Below, in pieces: positions 62,694 to 64,000 of a stretch of 64,000 bases of DNA. Below the pieces are notes generated by a model. It saw only the letters and a program-made list of their open reading frames with translations. It had not been told where the DNA came from and ran no database searches. A program made the position numbers and the translations under genes. The stretch comes from Raillietiella orientalis. Taxonomy: Eukaryota. Numbering within the stretch: position 1 is the first letter of the stretch; the number at the start of each line of letters is the position of its first letter. The stretch covers positions 1,054,001 through 1,118,000 of the forward strand of contig JAYWIR010000004.1 of the NCBI GenBank assembly GCA_036172245.1. Reading direction: 5' to 3'.

Positions 62694-63845
62694 GTAAGCA
62701 TTGGGAAGTTGTGCACCCTGGTTTTCTATTTCCTCCTCGTCATTCGGTGTTGGCACCGGAGTCCGACGCTCAGACCTCGCGCATTTTGCAATCCTCTTGG
62801 CGCTCTCACGTGGCGCGATCTACGATCACTTGTCGATGATGCGATCCGAGGATTCTCAAGCAGTTCATTCGACGAGCCAGAGAACTCGCTGCGAATACGT
62901 GGACGTCACCCAGATGACATCTGCAGGGCCTCTTGTTTTTCTTTCTCCCTGGGCACCGACGGACGCTCTCCGTCTTCGCAAAACACCTCAAGCTTGTCTT
63001 CGAAGGTTTCGAGAGCGGAAGACCCCAAGGAGGACACGGAATGTCTCGTTCCCCTTCAGTCCGCGATCTCCCACCCCTCGCAGTTGGCTCTCTGTGAGGC
63101 ACGAGACTCCTATTCCCAAAGAGCAGGAGCGATTTGCTCAGGAGGGAAGAGGGCCACACGGAGACGCAGCCCAGCACCTGGAGCAGCTCGCGCTCTCGAA
63201 CGTGTCGAAGGACGTCAGCATCAGCAGTTCGAGTGCCCCACATCGAGCGCTTCTTCCGAGGGAACACTGCCGCGGTTCGGAGCACGCGCGATTCTCACGG
63301 CCTTCTGGTGCTGTGCGCCCCCTCCCTCCAACGGAATCACTCGCGTCTTCTGAGAGCTCCAGAAGTCAGCCGGCCTCTGGCCTGCTGCGGTTCCCTCGAT
63401 CTTCTACCATGGCGAGCGCATTCGATTCTCGAGAATGGAACGGATCGCTCTGATTGCCGATTTTCGTTCTCTCTAAGGATTGGTTGCTGGGATGGCCATC
63501 GATTCCTGTTGCGGGATGCCGATCGAAACCCGCACTCCTCAGGAGCTGTGCATCAGCGACCGATGAGCTGCTTCTTCGCAGACTAGCATGGTCTCCCCAA
63601 CCTGCGAAGAACTTTGCTCCCGGATCACTTCGTGCCTTAATGGGTCGCTCCACAATTCCCAACGTGAAAAACCAAACAGGAAGGAACCTCCGAAAACAGG
63701 AGACAAGCTGCTCGTGTGCCCTTTGAGAGGACATCTTGGCACAGCCCCCCGAACAGCCGCGTACCTACGAGCACCGACAGAACGATTTCCGTCTGATGGT
63801 CTCGAGAACTCAACCGTAGGAGCAGCCAAGAAATTTACGATCAGG

Positions 63846-64000
63846 TGCTGAGGTTCTCAACTGGGCGATGCTTTGCTGCGACCTCCTGCCAGATCGCTCC
63901 ATCGAATTACGAGGAACGGGTTTCCGGCTTCCAGATCGAGTTTGCGATTCGGTTCTTGATTGTTCCCGTTGCATCAGGCCACCTCCAGCCTCTTACGTTT
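63846..64000 (+). repeat. astacin intron segment duplicated at 29799-29953
   Basis: 155-bp match with 3 substitutions; runs off the window end. Confidence 0.95.

Noticed and set aside
60890..63845. ORFs inside astacin introns (61298-61822, 62655-63353, 62701-63453)
   Set aside because: No recognisable domains; the flanking astacin exons splice in phase without them; likely decayed repeats.
1..64000. Prokaryotic systems (CRISPR array, operons, defence islands)
   Set aside because: Spliceosomal introns and LINEs throughout; no regularly spaced repeat-spacer array seen.

Overview
Eukaryotic (invertebrate animal) genomic DNA with very short GT-AG introns (37-55 nt) and a heavy load of decayed non-LTR retrotransposons. 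Host genes: the first coding exon of an adenosine-receptor-like GPCR (-, 3868-4240), a complete 6-exon SERGEF/RCC1-repeat gene (+, 12544-14268), an 11-exon EF-hand/coiled-coil/Rab (RASEF-like) gene starting only 132 bp later (+, 14401-16861), a 6-exon NOB1 (-, 32697-34790), and an astacin-EGF metalloprotease (+, 57930-62693, continuing off the right end). Mobile DNA is dominated by L1/Tx1-type LINEs (APE-RT-CCHC); the best preserved copy is at 25290-28710. The most notable structure is rearrangement. A 2.6-kb direct duplication (15912-18526 / 38635-41247) flanks a 20-kb block containing NOB1 and created a Rab-domain pseudogene. A mitochondrial nad1 fragment (NUMT) starts at the exact right breakpoint of copy 1. 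An orphan copy of the astacin 3' end (CUB exons) lies 34 kb upstream of the gene behind a templated-insertion scar. Three divergent LINE 3' ends share a covarying hairpin-hairpin-AATAAACG-hairpin architecture and lack poly(A) tails. All calls are by eye; no database searches were run, and boundaries of decayed elements are approximate.
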